A DNA stretch of 38,036 bases from Octopus sinensis (taxonomy: Eukaryota). The position numbers and the translations under genes are program-made. Position 1 is the stretch's first letter. Every line of letters starts with the position of its first letter. Below are positions 11,271-22,200 of this stretch, in pieces. Location: contig NW_021835830.1 in NCBI RefSeq assembly GCF_006345805.1, positions 1 to 38,036 on the forward strand. Direction: 5' to 3'. The notes under the pieces are model-generated. The model made no database searches. It was not told the origin of the DNA and saw only the letters and a program-made list of their open reading frames with translations.

Positions 11271-12080
11271 CGGTCAAAGGGGAAAAGGATTAAAAAGGAA
11301 GAAGTCGAGCAATAATAGTTGCCCTCCGAAGGACGCTAAGGCTTCGGGAGGTGGGGGTGAGATTCCGGACAAAGCGGAAGAGCTCCACTCTCCCGAAGTC
11401 AGGAAGAAAAGAAAAAAAAGAAAGAAGGACTGGTCATCGCAGGGGGTAGATGATGTGCCGTCTGCATGTCCCGAAGTTGTGTCACCCGCGGCGGAAGAAA
11501 CGACTCTAATCCTTAAAGATAATGAATTAATTATTTTTTCTACAAGGGCGGGGAGGTGGAAAAATAGTAGATAGCTGTGGAGGTCATAATGTTTCCGTTG
11601 TGGGAAAGTCTTAAAGGATTTGGGGTGGGGTGTCGCATATGGCTGGGTGGCCCTTACACGACTTACACGTTCTACATGAGTGAGGTATGAGAAATGGCGG
11701 GATACAGGACTCAAGCGGCAATGAAGATAATGATGAATATATCGATGGATATATCGATGAGTAGGAGGTGAAAAAGCCTCGTTAGGGGGTTTGAAACCTC
11801 ATCTTATTGTATTATTTGTAGTGGTTTATAACCTCAATTGTGTGTTTAAAAAAACCTGTTAAGTAAGAGGTTTTAGTGTCTCCTTCTTGTAAGAGGTTTG
11901 AAACCTCATATTGATTTTTAAAAAAAGAAAATATGTTTTCGAGAAAATTCCAATCGGCGGGTGTTGGGTTTCGTCTCTCATTTATTCATTTTATTTCATT
12001 TTCATTCATTAATGTGTTTGTCCAGCCCACAAAGTTACACAATCTTTGTACTGTCTATATGACAAATTTTATGAAATAAA
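11271..12080 (+). mobile_element. L1/Tx1-like element relic: basic ORF1-like C-terminus, AT-rich 3' UTR, stem-loop, AATAAA
   Basis: Plus frame GKGLKRKKSS..EVRKKRKKRKKDWSS..CFRCGK with later stops; terminal 35 nt homologous to 20095-20130. Confidence 0.55.
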
Positions 12081-12292
12081 GTAGCTTGCTTACCAGCCAC
12101 ATGGTTCCGGGTTCAGTCCCACTGTGTGGCACCTTGTGCAAGTGTCTTCTACTATAGCCTCGGGCCGACCAAATCCTTGTGAGTGGATTTGGTAGACGGA
12201 AACTGAAAGAAGCCCGTCGTATATATATGTTTGTGTGTCTGTGTTTGTCCCCCCAAAATCGCATGACAACCGCTTGTGTTGTTGGTGTTTGT
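12081..12292 (+). mobile_element. SINE family B missing the first ~24 nt of its head
   Basis: Starts GTAGCTTGCTTACCAGCCACATGGTTCCGGGTTCAGTCCC; intact copies begin AGGCGCAGGAGTGGCTGTGTGGTAA|GTAGC. Confidence 0.92.
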
Positions 12293-12329
12293 AAGGTGGG
12301 AAAGAAGCAAAGGGAATTTATTTTCATAC

Positions 12330-12457
12330 GTTCCACGAGTGCAATTGTTGTTGCTGTTGTTGGTGCTACAGCGGTCACTGCCTTGTGCAACTTGGCTGTT
12401 CTGTCTTGCGGATAATCCGCTGTCCGTTTCAGTGGACGGACGGTTTTCGTTCGCAAT
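12330..12457 (-). other. Candidate coding exon (IANENRPSTETDSGLSARQNSQVAQGSDRCSTNNSNNNCTRG..)
   Basis: Open frame, weak acceptor AATCAAAG|ATT, donor GAAC|GTATGA. Confidence 0.2.
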
Positions 12458-12620
12458 CTTTGATTTTAGCAAAAAAAATGAGGGCTGTCGTAGCCCCAAA
12501 ATATCCCAAAATAGCCCCTAATGGCTACAAATGGGGGAGGGGGACTAATCAGTTCTCCAAGGTCCTGGCTTGTTTAATTAAATAATTACAAATGTACAAT
12601 GTAAAACAATGTATAATGAT

Positions 12621-13035
12621 ATACTCTTTTACTCTTTTACTTGTTTCAGTCATTTGACTGCGGCCATGCTGGAGCACCACCTTTAGTCGAGCAAATCGAC
12701 CCCGGGACCTATTCTTTGTAACCCCGTACTTGTATTCTATCGGTCTCTTTTGCCGAACCGCTAAGTGACGGGGACGTAAAAACACACAGCATAGGTTGTC
12801 AAGCAATGCTAGGGGGACAAACACACACACAAACATATACACACACAACATACATATATACTTATATTATGCGACAGGCTTCTTTCAGTTTCCGTCTACC
12901 AAATCGACTCACAAGGCATTGGTCGGCCCGGGGCTATAGCAGAAGACACTTGCCCATGATGCCACGCAGTGGGACTGAACCCGGAACCATGTGGCTGGTA
13001 AGCAAGCTACTTACCACACAGCCACTCCTGCGCCT
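12621..13035 (-). mobile_element. tRNA-derived SINE family B, full length
   Basis: Head AGGCGCAGGAGTGGCTGTGTGGTAAGTAGC, B-box GGTTCAGTCCC, internal (TG)n, tail GAAACAAGTAAAAGAGTAAAAGAG. Confidence 0.95.
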
Positions 13036-13112
13036 ATATGGATAATAACAAACTATACGCATCAATGTGCGGCACGTGTCGATAGACTAACAACAACAAC
13101 AATAACGATTTT

Positions 13113-13335
13113 TTATCTTTTACTTGTTTCAGTCATTTGATTGTGGTCGCGCTGGGGCACCGACGTGAATGGTTTTAGTCGAACAAATCGGCTCCAGGAC
13201 ATTTTTTTAAAGCCTAGTAAATATTTTATCGGTCTCCTTTGTCGAAGCGCTAGAAACGGGGACGTTAACATGGTAGCACAGGCTGTCAAGCAGGGGTAGG
13301 GAACGAGCACATATACAAAGACACAAACACACAAG
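13113..13335 (-). mobile_element. SINE family B 3' half
   Basis: Matches the 3' half of 12621-13035. Confidence 0.8.
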
Positions 13336-13883
13336 CGTGTATATATATATATATAGGCCACAGAAAGTGTGTCTATAGCCAGCTGGAGGAGGTGTCTTCT
13401 GGGGCTACAAACTACAGTAGCATCCACCCTTAGGTGTTAGCCATATTCAAATGGCAAATATACGTCACGGCGGTGGTCCCAATCGAATATGCAATTTATG
13501 TGGGTGTCTTTTCAATTTATGTGGGTGTCTGGTTTAAAAAGCCACATTAGATGCCATGATGGTTCTAAGGTGTTGGTAGAGAAGCTGGTCTAACTCCGCA
13601 TAAGGAATAGACAACCACTTTATATCGCTGCTGTTATGCAAAAATGTCGTAAGTCCAAAACGTCGCTTTTTTTCAGAAAACGGAAAATAGTTTCACCATT
13701 CCATAGCAAAAACCATTATACTACACTTTGACAATTTTCATATCTTGGCATCTGATGCAGCTTGAGATATGATACTTTGATCAAAAGAACCGGCTGTTGC
13801 AAGCAAAACTAAATATTGGAAAGAAAAAAACCGCATTTCGCCAAATTTGGACATATGACAGTTTAACATAATAGTAATGATAT

Positions 13884-14142
13884 CTATCGTGGCACTCAGT
13901 CGGTTACGACGACGAGGGTTCCAGTTTGAGCTGATCAACGGAACAGCCTGCTCGTGAAGTTAACGCGCAAGTCACCGTGCACACCACAATCGGGGAGATT
14001 CAGCGTGACACAGAGTGTGACAAGGCTGGCCCTTTGAGATATAGGCACAACAGAAACAGGAAGAAAGAGTGAAAAAAAGTTGTGGTGAAAGATTACGGCA
14101 GAGTTCGCCACCACCACCACCTGCCAGAGCCTTGTGGAGCTT
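13884..14142 (-). mobile_element. SINE family C 3' portion
   Basis: AAAGTTGTGGTGAAAGATTACGGCAG..CCTGCCAGAGCCTTGTGGAGC shared with 5640-5700. Confidence 0.7.
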
Positions 14143-14410
14143 TATACAAATAATTGAAACAAGAAAGAAGAAAAAGAATAAGAATATAAAAAGACTCCAA
14201 GGAAATCACAATAAAAAGTAAAAAAAATATTAGCGCAATAAAATATATGAATATAAAATGTAATAAAAAACAAGTTATAAAAAAATAGAATATAATACAA
14301 AATGAACTCCCCAGACACAACAGAATATGAATATTAACATTATGATTAAAATAAAAACACCATTTCTTATGTGATAATCAATGATTTTCTTTTAATATTA
14401 ATTATAAAGA

Positions 14411-14908
14411 AAGGCGCTGAGCTGGCAGAAACGTTACCACGCCTGGGCGAAATGCGTAGCCGTATTTCGTCTACCATTACGGTCTGAGTTCAAATTCCGC
14501 CGAGATCGACTTTGCCTTTCATCCTTTCGGGGTCGATTAACCAGTTACGCACTGGGGTCGATGTAATCGACTTAATCCATTTGTCAGTCCTTGTTTGCCC
14601 ACTCTGTGTTTAGCCCCTTGTGGGTAGTGAAGAAATAGATATTTCGTCTGTGTTTACGTTCTGAGTTCAAATTCTGCCGTAGTCGACTTAACCTTTCATC
14701 CTTTCGAGGTCGATAAATTAAGTACCAGTTGCGTACTGGAGTCGATCTAATCGACTGGCCCCTTCCCCACAAAATTTAGAGCCTTGTGCCTTGAGTAGAA
14801 AAGAATATATTTTTAAGGCGGCGAGCTGGCAGAATCGTTAGCACACTGGACGAAATGCTTAGCGATATTTCGCTCGTCGCTACGTTCTAAGTTCAAATTC
14901 CGCCGGGT
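14411..14908 (+). mobile_element. SINE family A cluster: dimer (14411-14812) plus head-only copy (14816-14908)
   Basis: Head, core and tails as in 4224-4627. Confidence 0.9.
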
Positions 14909-15480
14909 TGCAATCTGGGGAGCTAGGTTGTCAGATGTTAGGGGTGGTGTAGTCGCAGGAGTTGTCTGACAGCCATGACTGGGTTCTCCTGCTTGTGTGA
15001 CATGGTCCTGTAGCAGAGACCTGTTGCTAGATAATAGGGTCTTCCAGCAGCTAGCCTCTTGACCCAGGGCAGCACTAACTCCTCCAGGCACTTGATGTAG
15101 TCCTCCGAGTTGAGTCTGAGGCCGTGTGGGCAGTTGAACGTGTGGGCAGTCGTCATCAACAGTGATCATTCTAAACACCATGATGTTGACTGGATGTTTG
15201 ATTTTTACTACTCTAAGTACATCTCTTCAGATTGCACTGTCTTCAGATTGACACCCAAACACGCTGAAATGTTTGTATTGGATCTTCCGGCGCTAATGCC
15301 AGGCAGTTCAGCGTATCGTCTCCAAATTTCCGACAGAGTGAATTGTGTCGTGATTCTTTTTCTCACATACGGTGCCCAACTGACCCTACAATACTATGTA
15401 GCCGACAAGATAAAAAACAAAACATGCGCATGCGTGAAATAAAAAAATATAAAATGGCGACAATTTGCCCATCGTAGCCT
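14909..15480 (-). mobile_element. Internally deleted Tc1/mariner-superfamily element (TIR-like end ~15460-15480)
   Basis: N-terminal TQFTLSEIWRRYAELPGISAGRSNTNISACLGVNLKTVQ joined to NIMVFRMIT..HGLRLNSEDYIKCLEELVLPWVKRLAAGRPY..CHTSRRTQSWLSDN..SSPDCNP. Confidence 0.85.
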
Positions 15481-15549
15481 ATATATATATATATATATAT
15501 GTACGTGTATATATATATGTGTTTGTGTATATGTGTATATATATATATG

Positions 15550-15602
<53 letters not shown>

Positions 15603-15730
15603 GATAAATCTCATGTCTGTCTGTCTGTCTATCTATATATCTAGACATACTTCTCAGTATCTTCCTGGGGCTACAAACTACAGTAGCATCCACCCTTAGG
15701 GGTTAGCCATATTCAAATGGCAAATATGCG

Positions 15731-15786
<56 letters not shown>

Positions 15787-15800
15787 TACACATGTATATA
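15480..15800. repeat. (TA)n-rich tracts
   Basis: Direct reading. Confidence 0.9.
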
Positions 15801-16153
15801 CATACACACATACATATATATTGGATAATATCGTTCATAGTACGGAATAACTTGCAACGAAATTTTATGCCCATGGATGAAATAGCTTTGTACATAGATG
15901 TCTTCGAACAGGGCCAACCTGGGTCTAAACAATGTCACTATTTTATAATCAGAAAAAGAAGAAAGAAGAAGAAAGAGAAAGAAAAAGAGGAGGAGATGAG
16001 GGAGAAGAAGAGGAAGAAAAACTACTAATATTACTGCTGCTGTTGATGATGATGCTGCAGCTGCCTTCCCATCTTCATCTATGCTAAATTGCCTTTGGGA
16101 ATAAGCTTTGGCAATTTCAGATTTCGAAAATCGAAAGCATTGTCTGATTTAGT

Positions 16154-16156
16154 GTG

Positions 16157-16188
<32 letters not shown>

Positions 16189-16318
16189 TGTATGTATGTA
16201 TGTATGTATGTGTGTGTGTATGTATGCATGTATGTATGTATGTATGTATGTGTGTGTATGCATGTATGTATGTATGTATGTATGTATGTATGTATGTATG
16301 TATGTATGTATCTGTCTG

Positions 16319-16376
<58 letters not shown>

Positions 16377-16400
16377 AGTCTGTCTGTCTGTCTGTCTAAA

Positions 16401-16456
<56 letters not shown>

Positions 16457-16490
16457 ATATCTATCTCTCTATTTATCTATCTATCTATGC
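16154..16490. repeat. (GTAT)n/(TATC)n compound microsatellite
   Basis: Direct reading. Confidence 0.95.
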
Positions 16491-16869
16491 ATGTTGCTAC
16501 AGGTAAGACCTGATGGTTAAGAATCTTGTTTCGCAGCCAGTGGTTCCAGGTTCGATTCCTCTAGGTAGAAACTTAGAAAGTGTTTTTTCCCCATAACATC
16601 GGGTTTAGCCAAGTTTGTAAATGAAATTGGCTTCACGGAAATTGTGCGGAGGCCCTCCAAAAGACTTGTGCAAGTGATAATAAATGCCCATCGTTCTTAC
16701 ACCAAGTGTTACGTTGGTTTGAACTGCGAATTATGTAATGGGTTCACGTGTCTAAGGAACGCTCGTCCCTTTACAAATGAATAGTATGAGCCATTTGTTC
16801 GGTTGATTGAAAAACTGTCGAATTCATCGTCGAAAATGACGGAGGATTGCTCCTCGTGTATGTGTAAAA

Positions 16870-17500
16870 GCATGTCTGTGTATGAGTGTGTATATGAGCG
16901 TATTTTGTATGCGTTTGGGTATGCGTTTGTGTACGTGTATGTATGTGTTTGTGCTGTGATTGCGTTCCTTTGAGTGTATGTGTGTTGCTTTATGTGAGTG
17001 TGTGTATTAGTGCGTGTTTGTACCTGTGTGTGTGCTTGCATATGAGTTTGTATTTGCGAGTGTGTATATGTCTGTTGCGTTTGTCTGTGTATAAGAGAGT
17101 GTTTGTGTGTGTGTGTGTGTGTGTATGTATGTGGTGTGTTTGTCTGTGTTTATACGTGTTTTGTTTGTTTGTGTATATGTGTGTTTGTGTTTGCTTGTGA
17201 ATGAGTGTCTTCTGTGTGTGTGTGTTGTGTGTGTATTTCAAAGTGTTGTGCATGTGCGTATGTATGCATGTGTGTTCTATATGTGCATATGTGTATGTGT
17301 GTATATGAGTGAATGTGTATGTATGTGTGTATGTGTATGAATGTATGTGCGTACTAAAGTGTTGTGTGTGTGTGTACTCAGTATGTGTGTGTGTTTCAAT
17401 GTATGTGTTTGCGTGTGTATGTGTGTGTGTTTGCGTGTGTATGTGTGTGTGTTTGCGTGTGTGAGAGTGTATATGTGTGTGTGTGTGTATGTGTGTATAG
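16870..17500. repeat. Long degenerate (GT)-rich tract
   Basis: Direct reading. Confidence 0.9.
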
Positions 17501-17639
17501 ATGGCCACATAGTTTGGGCGGAGGACCGCAATCATCGTGATCGGGCCCCACCTATCTTTCAATAAACGATCCTTCGATGTCGTCTATATTCAAGCCACAC
17601 ATACCTGACCACTACTTCAATGTCTTAGCACTACCGCCA

Positions 17640-17725
17640 CCTTCACCACCAACACCGCCTCCACCGCCTCTACCGCCTCCACCGCCTCTACCGCCTCCAC
17701 CGCCTCTACCGCCTCCACCACCTCC
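17640..17725. repeat. 12-bp tandem repeat CCACCGCCTCTA
   Basis: About 4 near-perfect units within a CCA-rich tract. Confidence 0.85.
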
Positions 17726-17889
17726 ACCATACCACCATCATTGCTACCTCTATCGCCAACACTAATCTATGCACCCATCATCTCCTATCACCGCCACTAC
17801 TCCTATACTCCATCACTACCATCACTACCCCCAGCACCAGCGCGACAGCGGCAACGCCCCTCACTTCTCCATACCGATATTAGTCGTGT

Positions 17890-19039
17890 TATACACTGGA
17901 ACATATTTTTCCAAGGAATAATCGATTACATCGATCGAAGTACATTTTTTTTTCTCATCGTCTGTTACTATTTTATCGATTCCGCACCGAACATACACCC
18001 ACCAGAGTAGAGAAGGATGGGCGTTGAACACATAAACTGCAAAGAACAAGTTAAAAAAAGGAGAGGAAAAATTCTTGAAGGCGGTGCCTCAGCATGGTCG
18101 CAGACTAATATTTGAAACAAGTAAAAAAATTTGAACTCAGAACGTAGCAATATACCGCTAAGCATTTCGCCCGGCGTGCTGACGATTCTTATTTCTTTAT
18201 TGCCCACAAGGGGCTAAACATAGAGGGGACAAACAAGGACAGACAAAGGGATTAAGTCGATTATATCGACCCCAGTGCGTAACTGGTACTTAATTTATCG
18301 ACCCCGAAAGGATGAAGGGCAAAGTCGACCTCGACGGAATTTGAACTCAGAACGTAACGGCACACAAAATACTGCTAAGCATTTCTACCGGCATGCTGTC
18401 GATTCTGCCAGCTCGCCGCCTTTTTGAATTTGAAAAGGCGAAATTTGAACTCAGAACGTAAAGACAGACGAAATACCGATTAGGGTTAAACAAAAGGATA
18501 AACGTGGTCAAGATAACAAGGTATTTTATACAGCGCTCAACCGATTCGGATGGTCACAGGACATAAAATATCCATCCATTCACAAAAAGAATATATAAAC
18601 GGGATTTCTCATTCCCTTTTACTTCAGATCAGTTGTTCCCAAACAGAACCCTTAAGTGGGGTACGTCAGTACGCCGACACATTTTTAAAGATATAATTTT
18701 AGTCTTTTAAACATCCGTATTGATGCTTTAGAGTCTTTGGAAACATAAACGTAATATTCATTATTTTGATTACCCAAATGTGTAATTAATTATATAAGAT
18801 AAGCAATAGGTTATATATATATTTCTTTACTACCCACAAGCGGCTAAACACAAAGGGGACAAACGGATCAAGTCGATTACATCGACTCCCAGTGCGTAAC
18901 TGGTACTTAATTTATCGACCCCGAAAGGATGAAAGGCAAAGTCGACCTCGGCGGAATTTGAACCCAGAACGTAACGGTAGACGAAATACGGCTACGCATT
19001 TCGCCCGGCGTGCTAACGTTTCTGCCAGCTCGCCGCCTT
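17890..19039 (-). mobile_element. Cluster of SINE family A copies (~17890-18185, 18190-18420, 18440-18478, 18823-19039)
   Basis: Repeated reverse-complement cores; heads CTGCCAGCTCGCCGCCTT end at ~18421 and 19039. Confidence 0.88.
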
Positions 19040-19054
19040 CATAGGTTATATATA

Positions 19055-19342
19055 TACGAGGTCTGATCAAATCGTATTGGAACTGTTGCTATGGTAACGG
19101 AGGTAAAGTATACAAAGTAAAGCCGCTTGGTAGAGATTGACCTTGATATCTGTCACGCACGCGCACTAAGTTATAACGTTTTGCTCACTTGTGTTCTTTA
19201 TAGCAGTGCTTAAAAGTAAAGTGCGTAGAGTGTGGTCGTCTCAAACAGAAGATCAGGTTTCAGCTACACAGTTTCTCGTTGATTGTTTTAAAGAAGACGA
19301 AGAGCTTTTGAAAACGGTTTTAACAGGTGTCGATTCGTGTCC
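19055..19342 (+). mobile_element. Deleted mariner relic: 5' TIR and UTR joined to the first catalytic-Asp region
   Basis: TA+CGAGGTCTGATCAAA TIR-like start; QFLVDCFKEDEELLKTVLTGVDS resembles the ..FL..IVTGDE(S/T)W motif. Confidence 0.65.
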
Positions 19343-20130
19343 GCCAAGCCACAGAAACAGAAGGAGAGTGGAAAGGAAGGACACTGAAACTAATTATTCA
19401 GGCGGAGGAGGATCAATTGGAGAACTTGGTGTGGGTAGAGGGCAGAGAAGCACGTTATTTTAAATGTTGCCAAAAGGGTCACATTAGAGCATACTGCCCT
19501 CTACAGAGGACAATGGCTGAAGATATAGTTGTGGAGACAGAAGAGAAAAGAGGAAAAAAATAGACGGAGGAAACGAGAAAAAGGAAGAATAATGGAAAGT
19601 TACAGAGAGCAGAAGGAGAAAGAGGGAAAAAAGAAAAGACGCTGAGTATGATGTGGTACCCCAGTCCAACTCCATCCCACCTAAGATCCCTCAGACCCAC
19701 CCTCCCCATACAGACACCAAGCTCACCCACCCCATTTCTCCACAAGAAAAAAAAAAAGAAAAAAATGAACGGGCACCACAAAATTTAGAAGATATCCCTC
19801 CCGGTGAAAAAGGTTACGAATGCATGGCTGAGAGAATGTTGTCACTAAGTGATGGAGGAAGGGGGAAAGGGATTAGACCGAAGGAGAAAAAGCACCTAGG
19901 ACCCAGAGGTAGCGAGTGGTGCTACTCCGTGTGGGGTGAGTAGCACACTCTTCATAATATCATTTTCAGATATCATTCATATTATATTTTAATTTGTTCT
20001 TCATGTTCATTTTCATGTATTATTCATTATATCATATTCTATTTTTATATTCTTAATTGTTATATGTCCCCACATGTGTTGTAGTGTCCCCCTCTGTGTA
20101 TTGCCTTTATGGCAAAATCATTGAAATAAA
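19343..20130 (+). mobile_element. L1/Tx1-like element relic: ORF1 with zinc knuckle (19456-19497), basic tail, short 3' UTR, stem-loop, AATAAA; no ORF2
   Basis: LVWVEGREAR[Y]FKCCQKGHIRAYCP = (C>Y)X2CX4HX4C; frameshifted basic tail ends at 19943; terminal TTGCC-TTTAT-GGCAA..TGAAATAAA. Confidence 0.7.
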
Positions 20131-20525
20131 GTAGCTTGCTTACGAACCACATGGTCCCGGGTTCAGTCCCACTGCGTGGCACCTTGGGCAAGTGTCTTTT
20201 ACTATAGCCTCGGGCCGACCAAAGCCTTGTGAGTGGATTTGGTAGACGGAAACTGAAAGAAGCCTGTCATCTATATGCATATATATATGTATGTGTGTGT
20301 ATATGTTTGTGTGTCTGTGTTTGTCCCATCAACATCGCTTGACAACCGATGCTGGTGTGTTTACGTCCCCGTAACATAGCGGCTCGGCAAAAAAGACCGA
20401 TAAAATAAGTACTAGGCTTACAAAGAATAAGTCCTGGGGTCGATTTGCTCGATCGACTAAAGGCGGTGCTCCAGCATGGCCACAGTCAAATGACTGAAAC
20501 AAGTAAAAGAGTAAAAGAGTAAGAG
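20131..20525 (+). mobile_element. SINE family B missing the first ~24 nt of its head
   Basis: Starts GTAGCTTGCTTACGAACCACATGG; complete body and tail. Confidence 0.95.
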
Positions 20526-20532
20526 TATATAA

Positions 20533-20626
<94 letters not shown>

Positions 20627-20924
20627 TGTGGTGTGAGTGTGTGTGGTATGTGTGTGTGTGTGTCTATTTTAATATTTCGTTTCTAATAACCTGGTGTTAG
20701 AACTCAATATATATATATACTGCCGAATGAAGCATTAGGCGAGTACAGAGCATAATATGAAATTCAAGAAAATACCAAGGGAACAAAATTATGTACTTCT
20801 CATTGCTTTAATTTCATATTATGCTTGTGTCTATACATACATAATATACATACATACATACATACATACATATACATATGTTTAAAATAATACATATATA
20901 TATATATACACATATATATATATA

Positions 20925-21131
20925 TATCTTTTACTCTTTTACTTGTTTCAGTCATTTGACTGCGGCCATGCTGGAGCACCGCCTTTAGTCGACCAAATCG
21001 ACCCCGGGACTTATTCTTTGTGAGCCCAGTACTTATTCTATCGGTCTCTTTTGCCGAACCGCTAAGTGACGGGGACGTAAACACACCAGCATCGGTTGAC
21101 AAGCAATGCTAGGGGGACAAACACAAACACG

Positions 21132-21163
<32 letters not shown>

Positions 21164-21335
21164 CATATATACGATAGGCTTCTTTCAGTTTCCGTCTACC
21201 AAATCCACTCACAAGGCATTGGTCGGCCCGGGGCTATAGCAGAAGACACTTGCCCAAGATGCCACGCAGTGGGACTGAACCCGGAACCATGTGGTTGGTT
21301 AGCAAGCTACTTACCACACAGCCACTCCTGCGCCT
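20925..21335 (-). mobile_element. SINE family B, full length
   Basis: Near-identical to 12621-13035. Confidence 0.95.
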
Positions 21336-21339
21336 ATAT

Positions 21340-21418
21340 ATACACACATATACGTATATTTATATATATATATATGTATGTATAAATGTGTATATATATG
21401 TATATGTGCATCAATCTA

Positions 21419-21464
<46 letters not shown>

Positions 21465-21495
21465 ATCTATCTATCTATCTATATATCTATCTATC

Positions 21496-21570
<75 letters not shown>

Positions 21571-21575
21571 TATAA
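21340..21575. repeat. (TA)n/(TATC)n compound microsatellite
   Basis: Direct reading. Confidence 0.95.
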
Positions 21576-22200
21576 TATTCAATATTGAAACGGCTTTTAC
21601 TTTCCAATTTCTATGCAAAAAGCACCAGAAACTCCTTTTTATTTGATGTTAAGTGCGTCAGTAAATATTTTTTATTTGATATCCTGACCGCCATTAATTC
21701 ATTTTTATTTCATCTCCAGGGCGCCATATTGTCGAAAAGTTTCAGAACCACGTTTCATGACTAAAGAGATTTTTGTAAGCAATACTTCAACTTAAACAAA
21801 ACATTTGCCAATTTTACAGTGTATGTCTCCACAACACGAACGACATCTTAGAATATCAGAATAAACTATACTTCCTTTTTAGTCTGTGGTAGTTATATTT
21901 TTATAACCTAGTCAGGGAAGTAAAAGACTACACCCATAGAATTTTGCTGATAATTTAATTTTGTACGGGAATAGAGATGAAAAAAGACCCACTCCTCATA
22001 GATTGTTATAAGCCGTGCACATCAAGATATTGAGTAATTTTCAGTTTGGAGATCTTAGTTCGAATAAGTGCAGCAGAGCTGACTCACCTAAAGTCACTCG
22101 AAGATTAGGTGGTAGCATTAAGCTGGGCAATAGATTTATTGTGTCTCTCACCGTAAGAAGAAGAAGAAAAAAACAATCGAATCCAACAAATTTTCTGAAT

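Noticed and set aside
11274-11714. 146-aa minus-strand ORF
   Set aside because: The Phe/Leu-rich stretch is the antisense of a Lys/Arg-rich plus-strand ORF1-like frame; no family recognised.
17577-17765. Polyproline ORF suggesting a formin/WASP-like exon
   Set aside because: Produced by a 12-bp/CCA repeat; no consistent splice sites, and the minus donor at ~17612 has stops in all frames.
18625-18650. CAGTTGTTCCCAAAC resembling a hAT TIR
   Set aside because: No partner TIR or TSD found.
21720-21774. Possible 55-nt plus exon (APYCRKVSEPRFMTKEIF)
   Set aside because: Short, isolated and without homology; consistent with chance splice-like sites.
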